Below, in pieces: positions 19,853-29,589 of a DNA stretch of 64,000 nt (position 1 is its first letter; each line of letters begins with the position of its first letter). Origin of the DNA: an uncultured delta proteobacterium (lineage in GTDB: Bacteria; Desulfobacterota; Binatia; Binatales; Binataceae); contig CAVXXK010000001.1 of NCBI GenBank assembly GCA_963765675.1, forward strand, positions 672,001-736,000, written 5' to 3'. Under the pieces are notes generated by a model. That model was not told the DNA's origin, made no database searches, and saw only the letters and a program-made list of their open reading frames with translations. The position numbers and the translations under genes are program-made.

Positions 19853-21064
19853 TCACCGAAATTGCGCATGGGTTTGCGTCCGGCGCGCATCCGGTCGGTC
19901 AGGTACGCTTTCAGGTTTCAGAACTGAATCGATAGCTCGATAAAAGTTCGCGCGCTGCTGCTGCCAGCCGATTCGGTCCAGAGCGGCCTCAGCGGCGCGG
20001 ACCAACTCTTCGCGCCGGCCGGAGCTTGAGTAAAGCTCTTCGATCGCTCGCGCCAGATCCGCGGGATTCCCAGGCTCGAACAATCGCACGGCATCGGCGC
20101 CAAAATAGTGCTCGATAGTCCTGAGGCGCGCGGCAACGATCGGGATGCCCAGTGCGGCATACTCGAGCAGCTTCACCGGCAGCATCAAATGGGTCGCGCT
20201 GCTCGCGTGATTCGGAACCAGGCCGATTGATGCTCCGCGCAGGGTCGAGGGTAGCTGCTCGAGCGGCACCGGTGGCAGAAATTGCACACGGCCATCAAGC
20301 CCGAGCCGAGTCGTAAGCGCTTTGGCATCCGGCAGATAGTCACCTGACCCGATGAGCAGCAATCGCGCACTCGGAATCCATTTGCGAAGTATCCCCATCG
20401 CTTCGATCGCTACGTCGAGTCCGAGTCGCCGCGCGACAGTGCCATGGCACACGATCCTGAAATCCGCTGCTGGTGGGATTCTTCTGCGCGAAAAGATGCG
20501 CGAGTCTGGCGTATTCACTACTACGCGAATCTTGGTGCGGCGTACTCCGGCCTGCTCGAGGCGCTGACAATGCAAATCGTGAACCGCCAGCACCCGATGC
20601 GCCATCGTGGTACTGGCGCGTTCTTCGATCTGCAGCATGCGCGCACCGATCCGCCCCCGAACGCCACGGAATTTGTCGCGGTAAAGTTCCGGCATCGTGT
20701 CGTGTATGTCGAGCACGACCTTTGTACCCATCAGCCGAGCCGGTATCGCGCATAACACCGCCGCATCGGGCATCGTGCATACGATTACCGCGTCATAGCG
20801 CCACTGCCAGCACAATCGGGAGGCGGTGAGAGTAGCGTCAGCGAAGAAGCGCAGATAGCTCAGGATGTAGCGGACGCGGCTCGACCCTCGATAGTGGTTC
20901 ATCCGAAGTCCGATGACATTCACACCGTCGCGCAATCCTTGTTGCGGATTCGCAAGGCAAATCACATCGATATGGTCGCCGCGATCTGCCAAAGCCTGCG
21001 CGTGACGTTTTACACGACCGTCGTTGACGTAGGTGGTATAGGCGATCATCAGGAGTCTAGCCAC
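19853..21064 (-). CDS. Glycosyltransferase family 4
   Basis: DGRVKRHA, LDIHDTMPE and PVKLLEYAALGIPIV motifs; GTG start after GGAGG. Confidence 0.9.
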   Translation of the reverse strand: MARLLMIAYTTYVNDGRVKRHAQALADRGDHIDVICLANPQQGLRDGVNVIGLRMNHYRGSSRVRYILSYLRFFADATLTASRLCWQWRYDAVIVCTMPDAAVLCAIPARLMGTKVVLDIHDTMPELYRDKFRGVRGRIGARMLQIEERASTTMAHRVLAVHDLHCQRLEQAGVRRTKIRVVVNTPDSRIFSRRRIPPAADFRIVCHGTVARRLGLDVAIEAMGILRKWIPSARLLLIGSGDYLPDAKALTTRLGLDGRVQFLPPVPLEQLPSTLRGASIGLVPNHASSATHLMLPVKLLEYAALGIPIVAARLRTIEHYFGADAVRLFEPGNPADLARAIEELYSSSGRREELVRAAEAALDRIGWQQQRANFYRAIDSVLKPESVPDRPDARRTQTHAQFR

Positions 21065-22205
21065 GCGATAGTCCTCCCTGAACCAAGGGCTCTTGGAGGA
21101 GACGTTGTGCCACTGCGCCGGCGGTATCGCTTCCCGCGATTGTCGGTTGCCTGGCGCTGACTTCAAGTGTTAGGGCATCGCGCCGGCGCCACCATGCGGC
21201 TGCCTCGGACGGCAAAGAGCGCCACGCGCGATCGATCCGGTTAAGATTGTCTAACAATCTCTCATAGACCGGCAGGTAGTTTTCCGTGCCGATGCAGCCC
21301 GGATCAGTCCGCACCAGGATCATCCCGCCCACAGCGGCAATCCATCGCGCCTTCAGCGTCCAGATCGGAAGTGGACTGCGGCGCAGAATCCGGACGAAGG
21401 TGCGATCCTGTTCCAGCGTATACGGCAGCTCGACAGAGCCCGGGAGGAAAAACGGAAACACGCTGCACGTACCGCCGGGATGAACTTGATGCGGACCAGT
21501 ATCGGCGAGGCTGGAATCGAAATCGAATTCGTGTGCGCCCGAGCCTCGATCTCCCAAAGCGGTTTGACCGGTCGGCTGGCGCGAAAAAGTGCCGCACTCA
21601 AAGCCGCGCGATCTCAGCGCGTTGACTTCCTGCCAGTCAACTTCATTTTGCGTTAAAGCCAGATTCCAGGCCGAGCGAAAACCGTATTTCTCCTCGAGCT
21701 TCGCGATACCCTCAATCCGCTTGAACCCCTCGCGACTCTCGATATCGTGCATCAGCACGATGGAACACCGGGCGCCCGCGGGCCAGAATCCAATATGCCA
21801 TCCATCCTCTACGTGCAGCGCCTTGAGCGCGCCGCGAAGCCACTGGCGCCAATAGTCAAGAAGCGAACTCTCGCAGGGCCAATTCGGAAAATCGCGCCGT
21901 AAGCTCGCGCCCGTTGCTCTGGTATGCGCACGGTGCTGCATCGATGCAGGAACCAGGTTGCGGAAGCGGTGACAGGTTTCGCGTTGCGCTCGGCTCGGCC
22001 CCGGTTCGTCCTCCAGATATTTTTGAAACAGAAATCTCTCCGCGATAGCGGCTGACTGGGGAATCGATCTTGCCAGAGCGCTACGCCAGTTCTCAGGCAA
22101 CTTCCAGAAGGAAAACGCGTCATTGCACCCGATCGCAGCGACGGATCGGTCGCGCCAATCGCCGTAAAGAGTGCTTGTCGCGGATGAGTTTCCGTTCAAC
22201 GCCAT
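21057..22205 (-). CDS. Polysaccharide deacetylase-like protein, probably degenerate
   Basis: FWPAG...SIVLMHDIES, GFRSAWN, GGTCSVFPFF and ELPYTLEQD are present; the metal-binding His motif appears absent. Confidence 0.65.
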   Translation of the reverse strand: MALNGNSSATSTLYGDWRDRSVAAIGCNDAFSFWKLPENWRSALARSIPQSAAIAERFLFQKYLEDEPGPSRAQRETCHRFRNLVPASMQHRAHTRATGASLRRDFPNWPCESSLLDYWRQWLRGALKALHVEDGWHIGFWPAGARCSIVLMHDIESREGFKRIEGIAKLEEKYGFRSAWNLALTQNEVDWQEVNALRSRGFECGTFSRQPTGQTALGDRGSGAHEFDFDSSLADTGPHQVHPGGTCSVFPFFLPGSVELPYTLEQDRTFVRILRRSPLPIWTLKARWIAAVGGMILVRTDPGCIGTENYLPVYERLLDNLNRIDRAWRSLPSEAAAWWRRRDALTLEVSARQPTIAGSDTAGAVAQRLLQEPLVQGGLSRG

Positions 22206-23056
22206 CGCGATTCCATTCCCAATAGCCGCCGGACTTGCTCCCGTCGCACGAATTTCTCGAGTTCGGGGCTCGCAGCTTTTGGCGATTGGCGCACATAACC
22301 TTCGAGATAGCCGGTCATAAGCGCGGCGCTCTCTACAAACATCGGACGATGCAGCGTTCGGCGTGCGGCGCGAGCGAGCATGAACCACGGTGAATATCCG
22401 ATCCGATAGGCGGCGCGTCCCGCGGCGAGCCGGCTTTTCCAGATTCCATCGACCGCACCTTGTGGACGATGATGCCTGGCCCGAATATGCCGGAAACTTC
22501 GGGTGCGGAATCCGGACATCATCGCGCGTGCTTCATCGAGCGTATCCCAACCCAGCCCGGCGTCGAGTCCGCCAATCGCGGCAAAGCATTCGCGCCGATA
22601 CATCTTCACCGCGCCGCGAGTGTGGAACGAAGGTTGTCGCGATTCGCGCCACCCCTGGCTCGTCGGTTCATGCAAGGTCGCGCCTGCGATTCCGAGTCGT
22701 CGGTCGGTATTCAGCTCGCGCAGCAGCATCGCGGCCAGCTCAGGGCCGAAAGTCAGATCGGCGTCGAGTCTCAGGACGAACTCGTAGCGTTCCCAGACGT
22801 CGTACGGCAGGAACTGCATGACTACCGATTCGCCGCCCGCCTGCCGCACTCGGTCCGCGGCGAGATGGTGAACCTCGATCCATTCGTGTTCGCCCGCGAC
22901 GTGATCCGCAATTTGACCGGTATTGTCAGACGACCCGTCGTCGATCAGGATCCAACGAGTCGGACGGCTCGATTGCGCGAGCACGGACTTGATCAGCCCG
23001 GGCAGCAGCACTTGTTCGTCGCGGGCAGGTGTGATGGCAACGTAAGTATTCATCAT
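22196..23056 (-). CDS. Glycosyltransferase family 2
   Basis: YVAITPARDE, IDDGSSDNT, LDAD and GWDTLDE motifs. Confidence 0.9.
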   Translation of the reverse strand: MMNTYVAITPARDEQVLLPGLIKSVLAQSSRPTRWILIDDGSSDNTGQIADHVAGEHEWIEVHHLAADRVRQAGGESVVMQFLPYDVWERYEFVLRLDADLTFGPELAAMLLRELNTDRRLGIAGATLHEPTSQGWRESRQPSFHTRGAVKMYRRECFAAIGGLDAGLGWDTLDEARAMMSGFRTRSFRHIRARHHRPQGAVDGIWKSRLAAGRAAYRIGYSPWFMLARAARRTLHRPMFVESAALMTGYLEGYVRQSPKAASPELEKFVRREQVRRLLGMESRWR

Positions 23057-24555
23057 CCCACCGCCTCGCGCGTGCGACTGCCGGATGCGACTGAAAGCAT
23101 TCGGGTCAGGGTGGGAGCCTCGATCCAGCAATAGGCAATCAGCGGCGGCAGTGCTGCGGCTATCAGGACCAACGAACCTTCGAGCCCGGCGTATCGCGCG
23201 GCAGCCTTTCCGATCGCGGCTCCAAATACGCAAACCAGGGCGAGACGCAATCCCGGCATCGCAGCAGTCACAAGATCGCGAAGCTTCATATCCACCAGCC
23301 CGCAGGCCATCTGCCCACCGACGACGCTGATAATTCCCTCGACCACGCTCATCGCGGCGCTTACTCCGATCAGACCCCAGTATGAGAAGACCGTACATGC
23401 GAACACCACCAAGGCGAGGCGCAAGGTGTGCAGGTAAATATCGAACGACGGATGCGACTTGCTATAAAATATCGAACCAATCCCGACCCGAAGCCCGGCC
23501 AGCGAAAGTCCCGCTGCGAGCAGACGTAGTGGCTCGGCAGCGGGCCGCCACTGTTTGCCATAGACGGTGGTCACGAGTTCGGGTGCGACGACGACTACGA
23601 CCGCGACGAGGGGCAGCACGATTCGCGCGATATAACCGAAAAAATCGCGATACGCTTCAGCCAGCTTTACATTGTCGTCCTGAAAGCGGCAGAACGTTGG
23701 ATAAGTCACGCGGCCCGCGACCTGATGCAGACGATCTGGTACAAAGCGAAGCAGATCCCAAGCGATCGTATAGAAGCCGAGCGCGCCGCTGCCCAGCAAT
23801 CTACCGACCAGGAGATAATCGGCATTGCTGGAGAGCAGATACATAAACTGGCTGCCCGTCACGCTGGTAGCGAACCGCCACAAATCCCTTGCCGCACCGG
23901 CGCTGGGCTTGCCCAATAGCGGCCGCGGTTCGGCGATCCAGATAGCCACGGCGTGCATCGCCAGCCGCGCCGCGAGCGCGAGCGGCAAGCTCCAGATCGG
24001 TAGCCCGAACCATAGCGCCGCGAGTGCGACTGACAGGAACATTATCTCGCCGGCGACATCCGCGGCCGCGAGCGCGCTGAATCTGAGCGCGCGCTGCAAT
24101 CGCGCGTTGGAGATGACCACGCTGCCTTCGAGCAGCAGCGGGATACAGAGCAAACGAATTCCCTTCGTGAGCACGGGCATTCTCATTGTCCGCGCGAAAA
24201 TCGGCGCTCCCGCCCACAATAGGGCCGCGCTGATCACTGCCAGTCCGATGCTGATCCACCAGGCGGTCGCTTCGTGTTGCCGGGTAATCTGTTTGCGCTG
24301 AATAAGTGCGTCGGGCACGCCGGCTTCGTAGATGAGGATGCCTAAGACACTGACGATCAGCAGCACCTTAAAGACGCCGAAATCGCGAGGCATCAGCTCG
24401 CGCGCCAAAATCACCATCGCGGTGATGCGAATGCATTGAATAGCCAGCTCGGCGAGCACATTGTCGCGCACACTGCGCGCGAATGCTGACCATAGGTTCG
24501 CTTCCGCCGTCGCGTCGCGAAGTTCGGCGTTGGGAATTTCCTCGAAGGTGCTCAT
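23053..24555 (-). CDS. wzx: Wzx-type oligosaccharide flippase
   Basis: ILARELMPRDFG, ALIQRK and ADYLLVGRLLGSGALGFY motifs with about 12 hydrophobic segments. Confidence 0.88.
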   Translation of the reverse strand: MSTFEEIPNAELRDATAEANLWSAFARSVRDNVLAELAIQCIRITAMVILARELMPRDFGVFKVLLIVSVLGILIYEAGVPDALIQRKQITRQHEATAWWISIGLAVISAALLWAGAPIFARTMRMPVLTKGIRLLCIPLLLEGSVVISNARLQRALRFSALAAADVAGEIMFLSVALAALWFGLPIWSLPLALAARLAMHAVAIWIAEPRPLLGKPSAGAARDLWRFATSVTGSQFMYLLSSNADYLLVGRLLGSGALGFYTIAWDLLRFVPDRLHQVAGRVTYPTFCRFQDDNVKLAEAYRDFFGYIARIVLPLVAVVVVVAPELVTTVYGKQWRPAAEPLRLLAAGLSLAGLRVGIGSIFYSKSHPSFDIYLHTLRLALVVFACTVFSYWGLIGVSAAMSVVEGIISVVGGQMACGLVDMKLRDLVTAAMPGLRLALVCVFGAAIGKAAARYAGLEGSLVLIAAALPPLIAYCWIEAPTLTRMLSVASGSRTREAVG

Positions 24556-25991
24556 ACCCCGCTGCCCCGCAACAAAGCCGGCAGAGTTCGCGCCAGAATC
24601 TTCAAATCCCCGACCAACGACCAGTCTTCGAGGTATTGAACGTCGAGCCGAACCATCTCTTCGAACGACAACTGATTGCGGCCGCTCACCTGCCACAGTC
24701 CCGTGATGCCGGGCAGCACATCGAGCCGGCGGCGATGCCAGTTCTTGTAGAGCTCAAGTTCGTAGGGCAAAGCTGGGCGTGGTCCGATCAAACTCATCTG
24801 ACCACGCGCCACGTTTATCAATTGAGGAAGCTCGTCGATGCTGAATCGGCGGAGCAGACGGCCGACGCGGGTGACGCGCCGATCGTTGGTGATTTTGAAA
24901 ATCTGGCCATCGGCAGGAATTGCCTTTGCGGTCGATCGAGACTGTTCCTCGATCCAGTTTCTGACAAAATCCCGGTGGACCGAATCATTCGCTCCGGACC
25001 GCATCGTACGCAGCTTCAGCATGTCGAAGCGCAGGCCGTGCACGCCCACACGCGCCTGCCTGAAAAGTATCGGCCGGCCGTCATCGAGGATCACCGCGGC
25101 GGCCGCGAGCGCGATTATCGGTGCGCTAAGGATCAGCAGGAACGTACTGACCAGGACGTCGAAGGCACGCTTGATTACAAAGTTGAGTCCTTCGATATTT
25201 GAGCCGCGCCGGCCTATAAGCGGGACCACGCCCAATTGCTCGATCCTGAGGCCACGCGCAAGCGATCGAATCATCCAGGGAACGATCCACCAATTCACCC
25301 GCAGGTCATCGCATAGATTAATGATTGATTCGACTTTCTCGCGCGGAGCTTCAGGCAGAGCAATGGCAACTTCCATTGCCGGGCATAGTGCGGCGAGTTC
25401 GCGCAACTCTCGCAACTCCGCCATCACGGGCAGACCCCGGTGGTGTCTGCCGGCGGGCCCCTCGTCGATGAACGCGACCGGCTCGTATGGACCGATCTCA
25501 TCGAGCACCTGGTCGCACAGATATTGTCCGACCGGGTTCATCCCGACGATTAAGAGTGGAATCGAAATTTTTGGATTTGCGTACATCTGCCGGATGAACA
25601 AACGCACGCCCGCACGCGCGAATATAGCGAATGGGATACTGATGAGCCACGCGGCACCGACGGTGATGCGCGAGATTTCGACATGCGCAAGGAATCCGAC
25701 GAGCAGCGTCAGCAGGGTGGCGATTGAGCAGGCTTTTATGATCGCAGTGAGCTCCTTGGAGCCGCCGGCGCGCAATCGATAGAGGTCATTGGACCGGAAG
25801 ACCAGGAGCCACAACAGCACGGTCACAGCGATCGCCGCGCCACCGGCCACGACCCCGGATTCGAAGAGACGATCTTCGATCGCATTCGAGGGGTCGTGGA
25901 TCCGGAGTGCGGAAGCAAACGCTCCGAGAATCGCCAACGCGTCGGCGATCGCGAAGAGCGTTTTTTGCTTGCGAAGTTCGCCGGCGAGCAT
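24552..25991 (-). CDS. Undecaprenyl-phosphate sugar phosphotransferase (WcaJ/WbaP family)
   Basis: KRAFDV, KLRTM, DELPQLINV, SLIGPRP, PGITGLWQVSGRN and LDVQY motifs. Confidence 0.93.
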   Translation of the reverse strand: MLAGELRKQKTLFAIADALAILGAFASALRIHDPSNAIEDRLFESGVVAGGAAIAVTVLLWLLVFRSNDLYRLRAGGSKELTAIIKACSIATLLTLLVGFLAHVEISRITVGAAWLISIPFAIFARAGVRLFIRQMYANPKISIPLLIVGMNPVGQYLCDQVLDEIGPYEPVAFIDEGPAGRHHRGLPVMAELRELRELAALCPAMEVAIALPEAPREKVESIINLCDDLRVNWWIVPWMIRSLARGLRIEQLGVVPLIGRRGSNIEGLNFVIKRAFDVLVSTFLLILSAPIIALAAAAVILDDGRPILFRQARVGVHGLRFDMLKLRTMRSGANDSVHRDFVRNWIEEQSRSTAKAIPADGQIFKITNDRRVTRVGRLLRRFSIDELPQLINVARGQMSLIGPRPALPYELELYKNWHRRRLDVLPGITGLWQVSGRNQLSFEEMVRLDVQYLEDWSLVGDLKILARTLPALLRGSGV

Positions 25992-25993
25992 GG

Positions 25994-27197
25994 TTACTCC
26001 GCTGCACGACGGGGGACATTTGCAGCTGACGAGACCATCGGCTCGCCGGCGAAAGCGTGATCTGCGTGACCGATTACCGCGGCGATCGTATTGACGATGT
26101 GAACGACCTCCGCGTTCGACATGTGCGAATGCATCGGCAGCGAGAGGACCGTGTCAGCCCACATCTCGCTCACAGGGAAATCGCCGGCGTGATAACCCAA
26201 AGAGAGCAGCGCGGGTTGTCGATGCAGCGGGATCGGATAGTGAATTCCACATTCGATTTCGTTCGTTAGCAGTCGCCTGACGAATAGCGTCGCGCCGCGC
26301 GCTACGAATCACAAAGAGGTGGTAGCAGGACTCGTATCCTACGGGCTCAAGCTGGGTATCTACCTCCAACGCGCGGAACAACGCGGTATAAGCTGCCGCG
26401 ATTTCGCGTCGCCGCTCGGTCCATTTCGCCAGGCGTTTTAGCTTGACTCCAAGCACCGCGGCCTGAATCGTATCGAGGCGCGCGTTGTAGCCGCAGTCGA
26501 CGTGCGCGTAATGGGAAATCCGGCCGTGATTTCTGAGGCGGAGTATTTTCTCAGCGAGTGCTTCATCATTAGTCGCAACGGCGCCCGCTTCACCCCACGC
26601 GCCAAGGTTCTTGCCCGGATAGAAGCTGAAACATCCCAGGCGTCCGAGCGCGCCGGCCATTCTCCAGCGACCCGGTTCGCGCACGCGCGCGCCGTGCGCC
26701 TGGCAGGCGTCCTCAACGACCGGGATACGATACGCGGCTGCGATTTCGCAAATCTCGTTCATCGGGGCCGGCAGTCCATAAAGATGCACCGGAAGGATCG
26801 CGCGCGGGCCATTGGGCGATTTCCAATTCCGCGCCCCCAGATACTTGCGCAGTTCCTGCGGGCTCATAGTTCCGGTTTCAGGATCGATCTCGATCAGCAC
26901 CGGGACAGCGCCGGTCTGGATGATTGCTTCGGCGGTAGCAATAAACGTCATCGGAACCGTCAGCACCTCGTCCCCTGGCCCGACGCCAAGCGCCAGCAGC
27001 GCGAGCCGCAACGCATCGGTGCCACTTCCGACTCCCACGACGCGCCGCACACCTAAATAATTCGCGAACTCCTGCTCGAACGCGGCGACCTGCGGACCGT
27101 CGATATATGAAGTGAGATCGTGGATTCTCGATAGTTCGCGATCCACGTCAGGCGCTATTTCACGGTTCTGTGCGGCCAAGTCCAGGAATTTAATCAT
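25994..27197 (-). pseudogene. DegT/DnrJ/EryC1/StrS aminotransferase (WbpE-like), split by a 1-nt insertion at ~26273 (pseudogene or assembly error)
   Basis: SGTDAL, PVHLYG, EDACQAHGA and FSFYPGKNLGAWGE lie upstream. After ...AIRQA the frame shifts to LLTNEIECGIHYPIPLHRQ...VLSLPMH. Confidence 0.85.
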
Positions 27198-27715
27198 TGT
27201 GAAACCCCTTCCTGATTCGAGATGGTTTGAAGAACGCGGCGGATGCGCGCGGGATGGCCGCTGACGACCGTGAACGGCGGCACATCGCGCGTGACCAACG
27301 CTCCTGCGCCGACCATCGCACATGCGCCGATTTCGATGCCGCACATGATGATCGCGCCGCTACCAATCGATGCGCCCTTGCGTATGACGGTTGGCTCGAG
27401 TTTCCAGTCGCTCTCTCGCTGCGAGGAACCGTCGGCGTTTACTGCACGCGGATGCCGGTCGTTGATGAACACCACGCCGTGGCCGATGAAGACCTCGTCT
27501 TCGATCGTCACACCCGAACAGATGAAGCTGTGGCTGGAAATCTTGCATCGCATTCCAATCGACGCGTCACGCTGAACCTCGACGAACGCGCCGAGGCGTG
27601 ATCCGTCTCCGATTTTGCAACCGTAGAGATTTACGAATGGTGCGAGCCGGACATCCTCACCGAGAATGACATCGGCGGTAACGCATACGTTTGCCGGTAA
27701 TTCGCGCCGCCGCAT
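27194..27715 (-). CDS. N-acetyltransferase, hexapeptide repeat (WbpD-like)
   Basis: FVNLYGCKIG, CKISSHSFICSGVTIEDEVFIGHGVVFIND and GASIGSGA motifs. Confidence 0.88.
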   Translation of the reverse strand: MRRRELPANVCVTADVILGEDVRLAPFVNLYGCKIGDGSRLGAFVEVQRDASIGMRCKISSHSFICSGVTIEDEVFIGHGVVFINDRHPRAVNADGSSQRESDWKLEPTVIRKGASIGSGAIIMCGIEIGACAMVGAGALVTRDVPPFTVVSGHPARIRRVLQTISNQEGVSQ

Positions 27716-27717
27716 GA

Positions 27718-28824
27718 TTAGTCAACCTCGGGCCGCGAAACCGGAATCAATCCGCCGCCGTTTCGTAGCGATTGATTGGCGGCTTCGAGGACGCTGACCA
27801 CGCGGATACCGCTAAGGCCATCGGTCCTCGGCGTGGCCGAGGTGCGAATGCAATCGACGAAGTGCTCGCATTCGCTGCGTAGCGGCTCGGTCTCTTCGAT
27901 CCGCGGAATGCGGATATCGCCGTAACGGTATGCGAACTGAAAGTCGGCATAACTGTCGTAGTAGCGCTGAACCGAGACGCCCTTGTCGTAGATGCGGATT
28001 TTTCCCTTCGAATCGGTGTCGTCGTACACGATCATTTTGCGCGAGCCTACGATCGTGGTGCGGCGGATCTTGTTCGGGTCGAGCCAGCTGACATGGATGA
28101 ACGCGATCACGTTGCCTGGAAAATGCAACTCGAGCATCGCGACATCCTCGACATTGCCGCGGTAATGGCTACGGCCCTGGCAGCTCACCGCCTCAGGAAT
28201 CCGCCCCATCAGCATCAGGATGATCGAGATATCGTGGGTCGCGAGATCCCACGCTACATTCACGTCATGCTGAAACAGCCCCAGATTCGCTCTTACTGAA
28301 CTGATGTAGAAAATTTCGCCGAGTTCGCCGCTCGAGATCAGTTCCGCCAGCTTCAAGACTGGCGCACTGTACTCGAAGGTGTGGCCGACCATCAGCACGC
28401 TGCCGTTCCTGCGCGCGACACGAACCAGGTCCTCACCCTCCGCGCGCGACATCGCAAGCGGCTTCTCGACCAGCACCGACTTACCCGCTTCAAGCAGCCG
28501 GCGCGCGAGCGAATAGTGCGTACTGACCGGGGTCGCTACCACGACACCGTCGATGTCGCGATCTTCGACAACCGAATCGAATGAATCCGAGGTCTCGACG
28601 CTCGGGAAAAGCGCGGCGACGCTGCCCCGCCGATCGACGTCCATATCGCACGCGACGAGTCGGCTCGCGCATCGCAGTTGCGACAAATTACGAATCCAGT
28701 TCGGTCCCCAGTAACCGAGGCCAACCACCGCCATCGCGCGAAGTTGATCGCGATCCCGGCTCTCCTCGGTCTTGTGTGGCGCGGTGGAGGTGGGATTCGA
28801 TTCAAAGATTGGATTTTGATTCAT
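27718..28824 (-). CDS. Gfo/Idh/MocA oxidoreductase (WbpB/GnnA-like sugar 3-dehydrogenase)
   Basis: GLGYWGPNW, ATPVSTH, LVEKPLA, MVGHTF and WDLATHD motifs. Confidence 0.9.
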   Translation of the reverse strand: MNQNPIFESNPTSTAPHKTEESRDRDQLRAMAVVGLGYWGPNWIRNLSQLRCASRLVACDMDVDRRGSVAALFPSVETSDSFDSVVEDRDIDGVVVATPVSTHYSLARRLLEAGKSVLVEKPLAMSRAEGEDLVRVARRNGSVLMVGHTFEYSAPVLKLAELISSGELGEIFYISSVRANLGLFQHDVNVAWDLATHDISIILMLMGRIPEAVSCQGRSHYRGNVEDVAMLELHFPGNVIAFIHVSWLDPNKIRRTTIVGSRKMIVYDDTDSKGKIRIYDKGVSVQRYYDSYADFQFAYRYGDIRIPRIEETEPLRSECEHFVDCIRTSATPRTDGLSGIRVVSVLEAANQSLRNGGGLIPVSRPEVD

Positions 28825-29564
28825 GAGATCAAGAAACTCCTGATGGGTTTGGCGACGGGATCAATCTTCGAGTTCAGGATCACGCCGGCAATAGAACGAT
28901 TCGCTGCCCGCAGGGCGGTAGAGGTGGTTAGCAGTTCTTTGCGTTCGGTTTCTCCATATTTGACAACCAGAAGTATCGGGTCGGCCGTGCGCGCGAGAGG
29001 AAGCATCCGCGCATCCAGCCGTGGAACACCGAGGTCCAGAACAGCGGCCTCATATCTGGGCAGGAGTTCTTCGAAATCCCGCAAGACTTCTTCCCGGTCC
29101 GCGTCGCCGTCGGAAAGACAGCAGCTTGCAAGATCGAGGCGGGCCCGCCCGCTCGCTCGAATTTGCAGCGCCCCCTCGAGCAGCAATTCTTGCGCGCGCG
29201 CCTGCGGCATCCGGAAAAACCTATGCAGCGAAGGATGACGTATATGCGCGTCGACCAGGATGGTCTTGAGCGACAGTCGCTGGCTCAGATCCATCGCGAG
29301 TGCGATAGCTACCGTCGATACTCCGTCACCGGGACGGCAGCCCGCGACCGCGAGCCGAATCGTACTATCGACGACCGCCATCGGCGCGAGACGCTCGCTA
29401 ATCGATCGCAGCGCATCGCACTGCGATACCGCAGCGGGCACATCGGGAAGTGAAGGCACCGGAACAAGCGCGTTCAATCCGGCGTGATCCCGCAACATCG
29501 CGGTGTCAGGTCGATCGTCGGCGGGGCGAGTGCTTATTTTGGGCTCGCGCGCCAGCCGCGTCAT
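28821..29564 (-). CDS. CpsD/CapB-like BY-kinase domain protein with degenerate Walker motifs
   Basis: GCRPGDGVSTVA (Walker A Lys replaced by Val), ILVDAHIRHPSLH, VLDLG and IAGVILN; no Tyr cluster. The start codon is uncertain. Confidence 0.75.
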   Translation of the reverse strand: MTRLAREPKISTRPADDRPDTAMLRDHAGLNALVPVPSLPDVPAAVSQCDALRSISERLAPMAVVDSTIRLAVAGCRPGDGVSTVAIALAMDLSQRLSLKTILVDAHIRHPSLHRFFRMPQARAQELLLEGALQIRASGRARLDLASCCLSDGDADREEVLRDFEELLPRYEAAVLDLGVPRLDARMLPLARTADPILLVVKYGETERKELLTTSTALRAANRSIAGVILNSKIDPVAKPIRSFLIS

Positions 29565-29589
29565 GGTGTCAGAGTATTTGCCCACAACC

